A stretch of DNA of 64,000 nt from an uncultured Gammaproteobacteria bacterium. GTDB lineage: Bacteria; Patescibacteriota; Patescibacteriia; UBA9934. Location: the NCBI GenBank assembly GCA_964613815.1, contig CAZTKG010000006.1, forward strand, positions 10,973 to 74,972. Direction: 5' to 3'. The notes under the pieces were generated by a model. The model saw only the letters and a program-made list of their open reading frames with translations. It was not told the DNA's origin and made no database searches. The position numbers were made by a program, and so were the translations under genes. Below are positions 1-9,214 of this stretch, in pieces (the stretch's first letter is position 1; each line of letters starts with the position of its first letter).

Positions 1-1111
1 GGAAAAATCTTCTACAGGCGATAGTTTGGCAGTAGAGGAGAATGTCTTCGAGTTTTCTTGTGGCTACTTGTTTTTCCGCTTGGTCTTCGATTTGATTGAT
101 GAAGTATTCTTGTTTTGATTTGTCGGCGAATGTGTAGAAAAGAATGCATTTACTTGGGAGGCCGTCGCGTCCTGCACGACCTGTTTCTTGGTAGTAGCCT
201 TCGATGGTTTTGGGGAGGTCCATGTGGATGACGGTGCGGACGTTTGGTTTGTTGATGCCCATGCCGAAAGCGATGGTTGCAGCGATGATGGGGGTTTTGT
301 CGTGGATGAAGTTTTCTTGGATGTTTGCTCGGTCGTCTTTTGAGAGGCCGGCGTGATAAGCGGCGGCTTTTAGGCCGGCTTTTTGAATGCTTGCAGCGAT
401 GGACTCGGTGTTTTTGCGGGAGTAACAGTAGATGATGGCGGATTCTTCTGGGGAGGCTTTTAGGATGTCGATGAGCTGGGCGGTGGCTTTGATTTTGGGG
501 CGGACGTGGTAGGTGAGGTTGGCTCTGTTGAAAGAGGATTTGAATGTTTTTGCGTTTAGGATGCCAAGTTGTTTGATGATGTCTTGTTCGACTTGTGGGG
601 TAGCGGTTGCGGTGAGGGCGACGATGGGGGCTCCGGTGGTTTTGAGGGATTTGAGGGTGCGGTAGTCTGGGCGGAAGTCGTGGCCCCATTCGCTGATGCA
701 ATGGGCTTCGTCGATGGCGATGAGATTTACGCGGAGGTCTGATAGGGCTTGGCGGAAGCTGTAGGTGCTTACGCGTTCTGGGGCGAGGTATAGGATTTTG
801 ATGCGGCCTTCTGTGGCGTTTTGGATGACGGTTTGTTGTTGTTTGGGTGTGAGGGATGAGTTGAGGAAGGCGGCTTGGATGCCGTTTGCGTTTAGGGCGT
901 CGACTTGGTCTTTCATGAGGGCGATGAGGGGGGAGACGACGAGGGTGAGGCCTGGGAAGACGAGAGCAGGGAGTTGGTAGCAGAGGGATTTTCCTCCGCC
1001 GGTTGGCATGAGGACAAGCGTGTCGTTTTTTGCGAGGATGGAATCGATGATTTGCTTCTGCATTGGGCGGAAGCTTGTGTAGCCGAAGTGTTTTTTGAGG
1101 ATGGATTCCAT
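1..1111 (-). CDS. recQ: ATP-dependent DNA helicase RecQ (runs off the left edge)
   Basis: Manual translation of the minus strand from the ATG at 1111 gives MESILKKHFGYTSFRPMQKQIIDSILAKNDTLVLMPTGGGKSLCYQLPAL..., followed by AIDEAHCISEWGHDFRPDY, ALTATAT, ATIAFGMGINKPNVR and YYQETGRAGRDG. It is absent from the ORF track because no stop codon lies in the window. Confidence 0.96.
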   Translation of the reverse strand, partial: MESILKKHFGYTSFRPMQKQIIDSILAKNDTLVLMPTGGGKSLCYQLPALVFPGLTLVVSPLIALMKDQVDALNANGIQAAFLNSSLTPKQQQTVIQNATEGRIKILYLAPERVSTYSFRQALSDLRVNLIAIDEAHCISEWGHDFRPDYRTLKSLKTTGAPIVALTATATPQVEQDIIKQLGILNAKTFKSSFNRANLTYHVRPKIKATAQLIDILKASPEESAIIYCYSRKNTESIAASIQKAGLKAAAYHAGLSKDDRANIQENFIHDKTPIIAATIAFGMGINKPNVRTVIHMDLPKTIEGYYQETGRAGRDGLPSKCILFYTFADKSKQEYFINQIEDQAEKQVATRKLEDILLYCQTIACRRFF

Positions 1112-1196
1112 AGTGATTTTGTTTGGAGACGAAAAGCCGGCTTTGTAGCCGGCTTTGAAAGGATTGATATAATTTTATCGTGATTTTGATGGGATG

Positions 1197-1580
1197 TCAA
1201 TTTGCTTGTTTTTTGATCCAGTTGATGATTTGTTTCTTTGAGCGTTTTTTTGATGCGATGTTGATCATGAATTGTTTTGTTTGCCTTGGTGGTGTTTTGA
1301 GGTTTTTTCCATTTATGGCGAGGAATATTTTTGTTGCAAGTAGGGCGGTTCGTTTGTTTCCGTCGAAGAATGGGTGATAGTTTGTGAGTGCTTCTAGTAG
1401 CGTTGCTGCTTTGGATTCGATGGAGGGATAGAGTTCGATCTTTGTGATGGTTGTTTTGGGTTTTTCGCAGGCGGCAAAAAGAAGTCCTGGGTCACGAAGT
1501 CTTTCTTTCCCCCCTGTTTCTTCTAGGATTCGTTTGTGGATGGCGATGATTTCTTCTGGGGTGAGGTAGGTGATTTTCAT
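1197..1580 (-). CDS. Doc/Fic family toxin (death-on-curing)
   Basis: HPFFDGNKRTA Doc-type motif; overlaps the upstream small antitoxin gene by 4 nt. Confidence 0.92.
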   Translation of the reverse strand: MKITYLTPEEIIAIHKRILEETGGKERLRDPGLLFAACEKPKTTITKIELYPSIESKAATLLEALTNYHPFFDGNKRTALLATKIFLAINGKNLKTPPRQTKQFMINIASKKRSKKQIINWIKKQAN

Positions 1581-1792
1581 GCGTCCTTTAGGGCGATGAG
1601 GAGGTCTTTGTCTTCCTCGATGAATTTGTTTGTCCAGGCGATGATTTCTGGGCGGACTGAAGGGGAGGATGGTTTTGTTTTGGAGATGTTGACGTGAATG
1701 TTGTCTCCGATTTTTGCGTTTGCTTCTCGGAGCATTGTTTTTGGGAGGATGACGGCTGCGGAGTCGCCTACTTTTATGATTTTTCTGTTCAT
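1577..1792 (-). CDS. AbrB/MazE-type antitoxin
   Basis: MNRKIIKVGDSAAVILPK swapped-hairpin signature; 71 aa, directly upstream of the Doc toxin. Confidence 0.88.
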   Translation of the reverse strand: MNRKIIKVGDSAAVILPKTMLREANAKIGDNIHVNISKTKPSSPSVRPEIIAWTNKFIEEDKDLLIALKDA

Positions 1793-1862
1793 ATATTATA
1801 ATGATATTATAATGGGCTGTTTTGTCAAGTGATTTGTTGCTGTTGTGTTATGCTTTGAGCCC

Positions 1863-2594
1863 ATGGAACGAGAAGTGAAAATTAAGATTCCTGGGACGAA
1901 GAAGTTTGTGTATGTGAAGGTTCGAGGGAGTTTGAAGAAGCCTTTGGTGGTTTTTGTGCCGGGGCTTTTTTGTCGTATCAACGAGCATTATTTTTTTAAT
2001 GGGGCGAAGTATTTTGAGAAGGCGGGGTATGCGGTTTGTCGGATGAATTTGTATAGCTATCAGAAAGACGCTCGGAAGGCGGCGGGGTGTACGTTAAAGA
2101 CGCATGCGAATGATTTGGATGTTGTTGTGAGGTATTTTCGGGGGAAGGGGGTGCGGAAGATTTTTGTTGTGGGGCATAGTAATGGTGGAGCGGTGGTTTT
2201 GCTTTCGAAGAAGAAGGATTTTGATGGGGTTTCGCTTTGGGATTCGGCGCATGAGGAGATTAGTGGGTATAAGCAGTATTCTTATGTGAAGAAATTGTCG
2301 GGGATGAGTGGATATCGATTGCGATGGGCGATTGATTATATTTTGCCGAAGAATCTTGTGGAGGAAGCAGAGACGATCAAGTATGAGCATTTGATTGAGG
2401 ATATCGTGGCGCCTGTTCAGGTCATCGTCGCGGAGAAGGGGGTGTTGGTGCCTTATGGGAAAAGATATTATGAACGGGTTAAGGGGGAGAAGGATTATCA
2501 TCTACTTAGGGGAAGTGGGCATACGTTTAATGAAGATGGGGTTGAGGAGAAATTGTTTGCGGTGACGCGGGGGTGGTTTGATAAATGGCGGTAG
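1863..2594 (+). CDS. alpha/beta hydrolase
   Basis: VVFVPGL, GHSNGG nucleophile elbow, C-terminal GHTF histidine. The ATG at 1863 is preferred over the upstream start. Confidence 0.85.
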   Translation: MEREVKIKIPGTKKFVYVKVRGSLKKPLVVFVPGLFCRINEHYFFNGAKYFEKAGYAVCRMNLYSYQKDARKAAGCTLKTHANDLDVVVRYFRGKGVRKIFVVGHSNGGAVVLLSKKKDFDGVSLWDSAHEEISGYKQYSYVKKLSGMSGYRLRWAIDYILPKNLVEEAETIKYEHLIEDIVAPVQVIVAEKGVLVPYGKRYYERVKGEKDYHLLRGSGHTFNEDGVEEKLFAVTRGWFDKWR

Positions 2595-2653
2595 GGGTTG
2601 GTGATTTTTGGGAGGTAGGCGTTTTGGGCTTCTTGTGTTACAATGTCTTACAT

Positions 2654-2875
2654 ATGGATCAGCCTACGATTACGTTGCGATTGCCGAAAAAGATTAAGAA
2701 GCGACTTGATTCTTTTGTGAAATCTGAGCAGCGGAATCGGAGTGAGGTTGTGCGGGATGCGCTTCGGCAATATTTTGCGAAAGAGGAGTTTCGGGCGCTT
2801 CGGGCGAAGATGGTTCCTCGGGCTCAGGGGCGAGGGGTGTTTACAGATGATGATGTGTTTGATCGGGTTTCATGA
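2654..2875 (+). CDS. ribbon-helix-helix (CopG-like) antitoxin
   Basis: TITLRLPK...NRSEVVRDALRQY; overlaps the PIN gene (ATGA). Confidence 0.88.
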   Translation: MDQPTITLRLPKKIKKRLDSFVKSEQRNRSEVVRDALRQYFAKEEFRALRAKMVPRAQGRGVFTDDDVFDRVS

Positions 2876-3267
2876 GGGTGTTTTTTGATACGAATGTTTT
2901 GATTGCGGCGTTTGTTTCGCATGGAGGGTGTGCGGATGTTTTTGTGCATGCGATGGGGCATCATTCGGTTTTTGTTTCTGAATTTGTTTTGGGGGAACTA
3001 GAGCGAGTGCTTATGAAAAAGTTTGGATATGTGGAGTCAGATGTGACGGAGGTTTTGATATTTTTAAGGAATCAGCTAGGGGTTGTAGAAAGCGAGGGGC
3101 TTAATGTGAAGATTTGTCGGGATGAGGATGATGATTTTGTGCTTGCCGGGGCATTTGTGGCTCGGGCGGATTTTCTTGTTAGTGGGGATGAGGATTTGTT
3201 GGTTCTTGAGGAGATTGAGGGGGTTCGGATTATTTCCCCGAAAGATTATTGGAAACAGTTAACGTGA
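2872..3267 (+). CDS. PIN-domain toxin (PIN_3-like)
   Basis: MRVFFDTNVLI, CRDEDDDFVL and VSGDEDLL acidic PIN motifs. Confidence 0.92.
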   Translation: MRVFFDTNVLIAAFVSHGGCADVFVHAMGHHSVFVSEFVLGELERVLMKKFGYVESDVTEVLIFLRNQLGVVESEGLNVKICRDEDDDFVLAGAFVARADFLVSGDEDLLVLEEIEGVRIISPKDYWKQLT

Positions 3268-3271
3268 TGGT

Positions 3272-3886
3272 ATGAAATATAAGTTGGTGATGTTTGATTT
3301 TGATGGGGTGCTTGTTGATTCTTTTGAGGATGCTTATGCGACGATGGATGCGGTGACGGAGGAATCGCTTTCTCGGGAGCGGTATCGGGATATGTATTTG
3401 GGGAATATTTATGATTCGAAGGAGGTGAAGGAGGAGAGGGAGGTTGAGGATTGGGCGGAGAATTCTTTTTTTAAGGTGTATATTCCGAAGATTTTGGCGA
3501 TGGAGCCTGTAGCGGGGATGCGGGAGGTTTTGGAGGGGCTTCAGGCGTGTGGGGTGAAGATGGTGGTGGTGAGTTCTTGTGTGGATGTGGCGATTCGGGG
3601 GTGGGCGGAGAAAAATGAGTTTTTGGAATTTTTTGAGGGGATTTATGCGGTGGATGTGGATACGAATAAGGTGCGGAAGATTGGGAAGGCGCTCGGGGAT
3701 GTTGGTGTGGGTGCGGATGAGGCGGTTTTTGTGACGGATACGCTTGGGGATGTTCGGGAGGCGAGGAAGGCTGATGTGGAGAGTGTTGCGGTGGGGTGGG
3801 GGTTTCATGGAGAGGATCGGTTGTTTTTGGATGGGGAGGTTCGGATGGTGCATAGTGCGGGTGAGCTTGGGGAAATTTTGAGGTAG
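3272..3886 (+). CDS. HAD family hydrolase
   Basis: FDFDGVLVDS motif I, VVSS motif II, K and TDTLGD motif IV. Confidence 0.9.
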   Translation: MKYKLVMFDFDGVLVDSFEDAYATMDAVTEESLSRERYRDMYLGNIYDSKEVKEEREVEDWAENSFFKVYIPKILAMEPVAGMREVLEGLQACGVKMVVVSSCVDVAIRGWAEKNEFLEFFEGIYAVDVDTNKVRKIGKALGDVGVGADEAVFVTDTLGDVREARKADVESVAVGWGFHGEDRLFLDGEVRMVHSAGELGEILR

Positions 3887-3895
3887 ATTTTTGAG

Positions 3896-3936
3896 AAAAA
3901 AATGGACCCCTGCCAACCAATATGGTCGGCAGGGGT
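3896..3936 (-). terminator. intrinsic terminator of the candidate ncRNA
   Basis: Stem ACCCCTGCCGACCA/TGGTTGGCAGGGGT (3906-3936) followed by a T-run on the minus strand. Confidence 0.8.
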
Positions 3937-4650
3937 TTCACGGTGGGGACTCGCGCACTACCGCGATCGCGTTGCTCGCCAATTTTACGGCAAGCTGCCC
4001 TTTTCGGTGCCTGTGATTTTGGGCTTCCATGACTCTTTTGGTCGGGGCAGTGACTCCCGACTGATCGCATTCAGATTGCCGCATGTCGCGACAACCCTAT
4101 ACCCTTGAATGACCGTAAGTTGCCATTCCATCCAGCTCTTTCGAGTGCTGAACGGCCCTGACTTACCAGGGTGCAGTTTTTGCTGCTCCGTCGCCTTCGC
4201 GACTACATCGCGTTGGCACTTCGTAACCTATCCTTATTCGCCTACCAGGGGCGAAGTGTTGATTCATGCTTTTCCAGCCTTTCCACCTTGGTTGTCGGTG
4301 GACTTAGGCGCTTGGGGATGTTTGTCCGGCACGTCTCTCGACCTCTGTAGGGCGTCCCTATTTTTTTTAGCGGGAAGAACTGTTGCATCCGTTTTCGCGT
4401 TGAGGTGAAGAGGTTTCCCTCGTTCTGGGTGGTTTTCCTCAGATAACCTTTTCTGCTCTATGGCGTCCACCGACGACATTGCCTAAGCATCTCCTAAGGA
4501 TGCAGGCGGCAGGTAGGTGCGGGGTATGCGTGAGAGTTTTTTCAGCGTGACTGCTGCCTGGTGCTCTCGCTCAATTCGGTCGGTTTTCTTCAGGTGAACT
4601 GTGTGATTGTTTATCACACAGTTGTATAAATGCCTTAACATCTACACGAC
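3896..4650 (-). ncRNA. candidate large structured non-coding RNA (~750 nt)
   Basis: Bounded by a consensus sigma70 promoter and an intrinsic terminator. It contains many hairpins (several with GNRA loops) and long-range complementary blocks, has no credible ORF, and loses the genome-wide G/T skew. Confidence 0.7.
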
Positions 4651-4656
4651 GTCGAT

Positions 4657-4685
4657 AATATAGCATATTTTGTTAAGTTTGTCAA
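4657..4685 (-). promoter_or_regulatory. sigma70 promoter driving the candidate ncRNA
   Basis: TTGACA (4685-4680), 17 nt spacer, TG-extended TATATT (4662-4657). Confidence 0.8.
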
Positions 4686-4787
4686 GTGTTTTTTGTTGGT
4701 TTTTTGTAAAAAGGTTAATGAAAGTATTGTTTTTTATGTTTTTTTGTAAAGTTAAAACCGTGCGTCTGCACGGCTTGATGGAGGTGT

Positions 4788-5181
4788 TTATGTGAGGGCG
4801 GCGGCGATGAGGGTCGTTACGCCGGTCACGGTGATAAACGTCCATTTTCTGTTTTCACGAGGCTTGTGGATTTCCTTGTGAATCAGGGTGCTGAAGATTT
4901 GGGAGAGGATCATCAGTGGGAGGATGTATCCTGCGAGGCCGGAGATGGTGAGTCCCCAGATGCAGGTGCCGATCCCGACGGCAGTTGGGATGATTGGATG
5001 GTTGGCGAAGATATGTTCGCCGATGTGGTTTCTGCGTGCGTGCGCGGTGAATGTGATGAGTTCGAGACCGCTCAGGGTGAGAAGGAGTGATGGGTCTTGC
5101 GTGATGAGGGTGCAGAGTACGATGAGGGGGTCCCATCCAGAGGATGAAATGACCCCAACGGTCGATCCATCTGCTTGTCAT
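4788..5181 (-). pseudogene. frameshifted small membrane protein gene (~130 aa if repaired)
   Basis: AAGGAG Shine-Dalgarno and ATG at 5181. Removing one C from the C5 run at 5126-5130 gives MTSRWIDRWGHFILWMGPLIVLCTLITQDPSLLLTLSGLEL...VTTLIAALT* ending at TAA 4788. A hairpin follows at 4754-4776. Confidence 0.7.
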
Positions 5182-5305
5182 GTTGTCTCCTTGGTTGTTT
5201 GTAGGGATACCATACTGTTGATTTTGTTATTTGTTAAGTATCTTGGTATTTTCGTTGATTTTTTTGTCAAAATGCATTAGGGTTTGGGTGTCGAATTTTC
5301 GGCTT

Positions 5306-5701
5306 ATGCTCTTTGGAGTGGGCTTGTCACTGCGGTTGCTGGTTGCTTTTGATAATTGGCCTTCGTTCAATGCTGATTTGGATGATGCTGAAACGATGCT
5401 CAATTTGGATGAGGCGGTTACGCGGATTCTGGTTGATATGGGTATTGGAGGGATTTCTGATGGGAGCCAGGTGCTTGTGAGCGCCGGGACTCGTCAAATT
5501 CGTTTGGATCGTCGGATTCTGGTTGTGCGGATTGAGGATCTTGCAGGGAAGCTTCAGATGCGGCTTGCGGAGTATATGGAGCTTCGTGATCGAGTCGGTG
5601 CTGCTGTTCGTGCTGATCTTCCTGGATGGACTTCGGAGATGGTTTTGACTTCTGTGGAGGTTGATGTGACGCGTGTTGGTCGTCTTTCTCGCGCTAGTTA
5701 G
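5306..5701 (+). CDS. hypothetical protein (start may instead be TTG 5324)
   Basis: Open frame with genome-typical codon use; GGAG lies upstream of the TTG; terminator-like hairpin after the stop. Confidence 0.6.
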   Translation: MLFGVGLSLRLLVAFDNWPSFNADLDDAETMLNLDEAVTRILVDMGIGGISDGSQVLVSAGTRQIRLDRRILVVRIEDLAGKLQMRLAEYMELRDRVGAAVRADLPGWTSEMVLTSVEVDVTRVGRLSRAS

Positions 5702-5754
5702 CGCGATCTTGCCCGGTTTCCGGGCGATTCTTTTTTTGGGTATACTCTGCGTAT

Positions 5755-6822
5755 ATGTATTCTAAAATGTTTTTTACGATGATCGCCGGTTTGGTGATTT
5801 TGGTTGTACTTGTGATTGTTGCGTTGTTTTTGCCAGGGATGAGTGACGAGGAGTTTTATGATGATGAGATTGATGTGGTTCCTTATGGGGAGGATGGGTT
5901 GGGAGATGTTGATGAGGAGGTAGAGATTGAAGATGAGGGGGTGGGCTTGAGCGCGGGGACGGTTCGTGAAAGTTCTTTGACTGTTCGTGTTGATGAGGGT
6001 TATGACGTGGATGAGTTGGAGAAATTTGAAGGATTTATTGTTAATCAGACGACGGGGGATCGGCAGTCGGTTCGTGTTTATAAGCCGTCTGTTGGCATTG
6101 ATTTGCCACTTGTTGTTTTTGTTCCTGGTGGGAGTGGAAGTGGGGCTGGTTTTGAACGTCCTGGGCCGAATGGAGATAGTGATGCGGAGGCTTTGGTTCG
6201 AGAGGGGGTGGTGGTTGTGATTTATGATCCGCTTGGTACTGGCGAAAGTGAGGGGGATTATGATTATCAGGGGTATGCTGATCAGGATGGGATTGCGGAT
6301 ATTTTATTTGGCGTGAAGGAGTTTGATTATGTCGACGATGCAAATATTGGTATTGCGAGTTTTTCTTATGGTGTGACCGGAGCGGCTGGGGTGCTTGCGC
6401 GGTATCCGGGGATGGGGATGAAGTTTTGGTCAGATTGGGAGGGGCCTTCCAGTCGGTTTTATACAACGGTTGAGTGTGGAGAAGGAAGGGCTGCTACTGG
6501 GCGAGATGGGGGTCCGGGATCATTTGATTGTGATGATGAGGAGCATTGGATTGGGCGTGAGGCTGCTGTGAGCGCGTTTGATGTGCATGTTGATTATTAC
6601 TGGCGCGTGCAGCAAGAGAATGATCATGTGCAGGATTCGTATGGGCATACGCTTGAGATGGTGGAGGCTCTTGTTTTGAATGATGTGGTGGATTTGGTGA
6701 GGGTAAACGATGGGAAGGTGAATGTGGTTTATGAAGAGGATGATGAAGTCCCTGTGGTGGAAAATGGAAATTTTTATGGCTTGTATGTGATGTCGAATAT
6801 TCTTGAAATGATTGATATGTAA
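5755..6822 (+). CDS. membrane-anchored alpha/beta hydrolase (CocE/NonD-like)
   Basis: N-terminal transmembrane helix, acidic linker, VVFVPGG, YDPLGTGESEG, IGIASFSYG. Confidence 0.75.
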   Translation: MYSKMFFTMIAGLVILVVLVIVALFLPGMSDEEFYDDEIDVVPYGEDGLGDVDEEVEIEDEGVGLSAGTVRESSLTVRVDEGYDVDELEKFEGFIVNQTTGDRQSVRVYKPSVGIDLPLVVFVPGGSGSGAGFERPGPNGDSDAEALVREGVVVVIYDPLGTGESEGDYDYQGYADQDGIADILFGVKEFDYVDDANIGIASFSYGVTGAAGVLARYPGMGMKFWSDWEGPSSRFYTTVECGEGRAATGRDGGPGSFDCDDEEHWIGREAAVSAFDVHVDYYWRVQQENDHVQDSYGHTLEMVEALVLNDVVDLVRVNDGKVNVVYEEDDEVPVVENGNFYGLYVMSNILEMIDM

Positions 6823-6850
6823 AAAAAGATCCTCGCCTTGGGCGGGGATT

Positions 6851-7249
6851 TTAGTAGCAGTTCTCGAAGAGGGTTTTGTAGGCGAGGCGTTCGATAGGGG
6901 CGAGGTTTCTGGCGGTTATCGTGTGGGGGAGCATGCCTTTTGCGATACCGCGCGGGTGCCAGATGAACTTGGTGAAGAGAAGTAGGCTTGCTGCGCAGGA
7001 TTCCATAGAGGGATTGTCTGTGCGGATTTTTCCTGAGCGATTGAGACATCCCCATTCCTCTGGGTCGTAGTAGCAGATGAGGGTTTGGCAGGCGATGATC
7101 GCGTTTTCGATTTCGACTTTTTTTGATGGATCGAGCTCCATCATTTTGTTGAGGAGTGAATGGATGATGTCGAGACAGAAGAGCATTTCGCCGAGTTTTT
7201 GTCCGGTGAGGTTTGGGGGTTTCCAGGGGGAGATGCGCGTGGTGGCCAT
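6851..7249 (-). CDS. hypothetical protein
   Basis: 132 aa ORF with GGAG Shine-Dalgarno and a TTGACA-17-TAAACT promoter (7305-7277). Confidence 0.7.
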   Translation of the reverse strand: MATTRISPWKPPNLTGQKLGEMLFCLDIIHSLLNKMMELDPSKKVEIENAIIACQTLICYYDPEEWGCLNRSGKIRTDNPSMESCAASLLLFTKFIWHPRGIAKGMLPHTITARNLAPIERLAYKTLFENCY

Positions 7250-7356
7250 TTGGTCTCCAGAAAGAGCTGATGCGTTAGTTTAGAGGGGATATTGTTTTGT
7301 GTCAATTTGATTCGTGTTTGATCATGTGTTAATATGTTAATACTAAGTATTACACT

Positions 7357-7593
7357 ATGGCTAGAAAAACAAAGATTGTTTCTGTGTCACTTCCGGAGAA
7401 GATGGCAAAAGCGATTGATTTACTTTCTGAGGAAATGGATCAGACTCGAAGTGAGCTGATTCGTGATGCTGTGCGAGATTATTTGATTGATGCTCATCGA
7501 GATCGGGAGAGATTTTTAGAGATTTATGCTGCGACGCGTGGTGAGAAAATGGTTCCATTGGAAGAGTTTCGAAAGGAGTGTGGGTTGATTTAG
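7357..7593 (+). CDS. ribbon-helix-helix antitoxin
   Basis: IVSVSLPEKM...TRSELIRDAVRDYL; upstream palindrome TAATACT-A-AGTATTA (7338-7352). Confidence 0.88.
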   Translation: MARKTKIVSVSLPEKMAKAIDLLSEEMDQTRSELIRDAVRDYLIDAHRDRERFLEIYAATRGEKMVPLEEFRKECGLI

Positions 7594-7594
7594 T

Positions 7595-7864
7595 ATGTAT
7601 CGGGTTGTTCTTTCCTCCCATTATCGACGGGCGTTTAAAAAGCTGAATTCTCGGGATCAGAAGCGCATTGATCGCGCTGTTTCGCTACTCGTTGATGATC
7701 CGTTTTTATGTGTGAATATTGAGTCAATTAAGGGGGTTCGAGAAAAAGCGTTTCGTCTTCGGGTTGGTCGTTATCGGGTTGTTTATTTTGTGATTACGAA
7801 AGATTTTGTGGTCGAAGTTTTGGGATTGTTTTTGAAGAAGGGTAAGGAGGATTATCAGATGTGA
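7595..7864 (+). CDS. RelE/ParE family toxin
   Basis: 89 aa basic protein with FRLRVGRYRVVY. Confidence 0.92.
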   Translation: MYRVVLSSHYRRAFKKLNSRDQKRIDRAVSLLVDDPFLCVNIESIKGVREKAFRLRVGRYRVVYFVITKDFVVEVLGLFLKKGKEDYQM

Positions 7865-7879
7865 TATCCTGCGTGCATT

Positions 7880-9184
7880 ATGGCAGGAAAGATTAAGATT
7901 AGTAAGGATTTTAAACGCGCGTTTCAGTTGATGAATGAAACGGATTTGCATTTGTTTTTGACCGGGCGTGCTGGGACGGGAAAGTCGACGCTTTTGACGT
8001 ATTTTCGGAAGCATACGAAAAAACAGATTGCGATTTTGGCGCCTACGGGGGTGGCGGCGCTTAATGTGAAGGGGCAGACGATTCATTCTTTTTTTGGGTT
8101 TAAGCCGAGTGTGACGAAGGAGACGGTGCGGCGAGCGAAGAAGGATCAGCTTGATATGTTTGATAAATTGGAAGCGATTGTGATTGATGAGATTTCGATG
8201 GTGCGAGCGGATCTTTTGGATTGTGTTGATCGAGCGCTTCGGCTTAATCGGGCGAAGCCAGATATTCCGTTTGGTGGGGTGCAAATGATTTTTATTGGAG
8301 ATTTGTATCAGTTGCCGCCGGTGCTTACGGATCAGGAGCGGTTTATTTATGAGATGATGTATCAATCGCCGTACTTTTTTTCTGCGTATGCGCTTGGGGA
8401 TTTTGATATTACGGTTGTTGAATTGAAAAAAGTTTATCGGCAGAAGGATAAGGATTTTGTGAATCTGTTGAATCGGGTTCGGGATAATCAGCTCCTTAGT
8501 GATGATTTGGATGTTTGGAATGGGCGGCATGATCCGTTTTTTGATCCTGAGGAGCATGGGGAGGCGGTGCATTTGACGACGACGAATAAGATGGCGCAGT
8601 TGCGGAATGATTTTGAGTTGAGGCGACTTGAGGGGGAGGAGTGGGAGTTTAAGGGGGTGACGAGTGGGGAGTTTGATTCGCGGCGTGTGCCGGCGCCGGC
8701 GACGTTGAAATTGAAAGCTGGTAGCCGCGTGATGTTTACGTGTAATGATGTGCATCGACGGTGGGTGAATGGGTCGATTGGGACGGTTGTTTCTGTGAAG
8801 AAGGATCGGCCGCTTGCGAAGCATCCGACGGTTCGGGTGGAGCTCACTACAGGTGATGAGGTGAGAGTGGAGCCGCATACGTGGAATACCTATACGCATG
8901 TATTGAATCAGTCGAATGGGGATGTGGAGACGTCGCCTATTGGGTCTTACACGCAGTTTCCGCTTATGCTTGCTTGGGCGGTGACGATTCACAAGAGTCA
9001 GGGGAAGACGTTTGATAAGGTTTTGGTGGATGTGGGGTATGGGACGTTTGCGCATGGGCAGTTGTATGTGGCGCTCAGTCGATGTACGACGTTGAAGGGG
9101 ATTACGCTTCGGAAGCCGTTTCGGGCGAAGGATGTGATTTTGGATGATCGGGTGGTGGATTTTGTGAAGGCTTATACGGAATAA
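7880..9184 (+). CDS. Pif1/RecD-like SF1B helicase
   Basis: TGRAGTGKS, APTGVAA, IDEISMV, GDLYQLPPV, AWAVTIHKSQGKT, YVALSR. Confidence 0.92.
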   Translation: MAGKIKISKDFKRAFQLMNETDLHLFLTGRAGTGKSTLLTYFRKHTKKQIAILAPTGVAALNVKGQTIHSFFGFKPSVTKETVRRAKKDQLDMFDKLEAIVIDEISMVRADLLDCVDRALRLNRAKPDIPFGGVQMIFIGDLYQLPPVLTDQERFIYEMMYQSPYFFSAYALGDFDITVVELKKVYRQKDKDFVNLLNRVRDNQLLSDDLDVWNGRHDPFFDPEEHGEAVHLTTTNKMAQLRNDFELRRLEGEEWEFKGVTSGEFDSRRVPAPATLKLKAGSRVMFTCNDVHRRWVNGSIGTVVSVKKDRPLAKHPTVRVELTTGDEVRVEPHTWNTYTHVLNQSNGDVETSPIGSYTQFPLMLAWAVTIHKSQGKTFDKVLVDVGYGTFAHGQLYVALSRCTTLKGITLRKPFRAKDVILDDRVVDFVKAYTE

Positions 9185-9214
9185 AAATGCGGTTTTGGTG
9201 TATACTTTTTTTGT

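Noticed and set aside
150-1200. ORFs 150..701, 765..980, 905..1183 and 913..1200 in the track
   Set aside because: They are shadows of recQ, which occupies another minus-strand frame and runs off the window.
3902-4479. Small ORFs 3902..4108, 4109..4408 and 4264..4479
   Set aside because: No ribosome-binding site or codon bias; the region is better explained as structured RNA.
4597-4623. CRP/Rex-type operator TGTGA...TCACA
   Set aside because: The spacing is 7 nt rather than 6 and it lies inside the predicted transcript, so an RNA hairpin is more likely.
3896-4650. tmRNA, RNase P or group II intron identity for the large RNA
   Set aside because: No tRNA-like ends with CCA, no GAGGAAAGTCC/CGGCTTA pair, no domain V motif, and no interrupted host gene seen.
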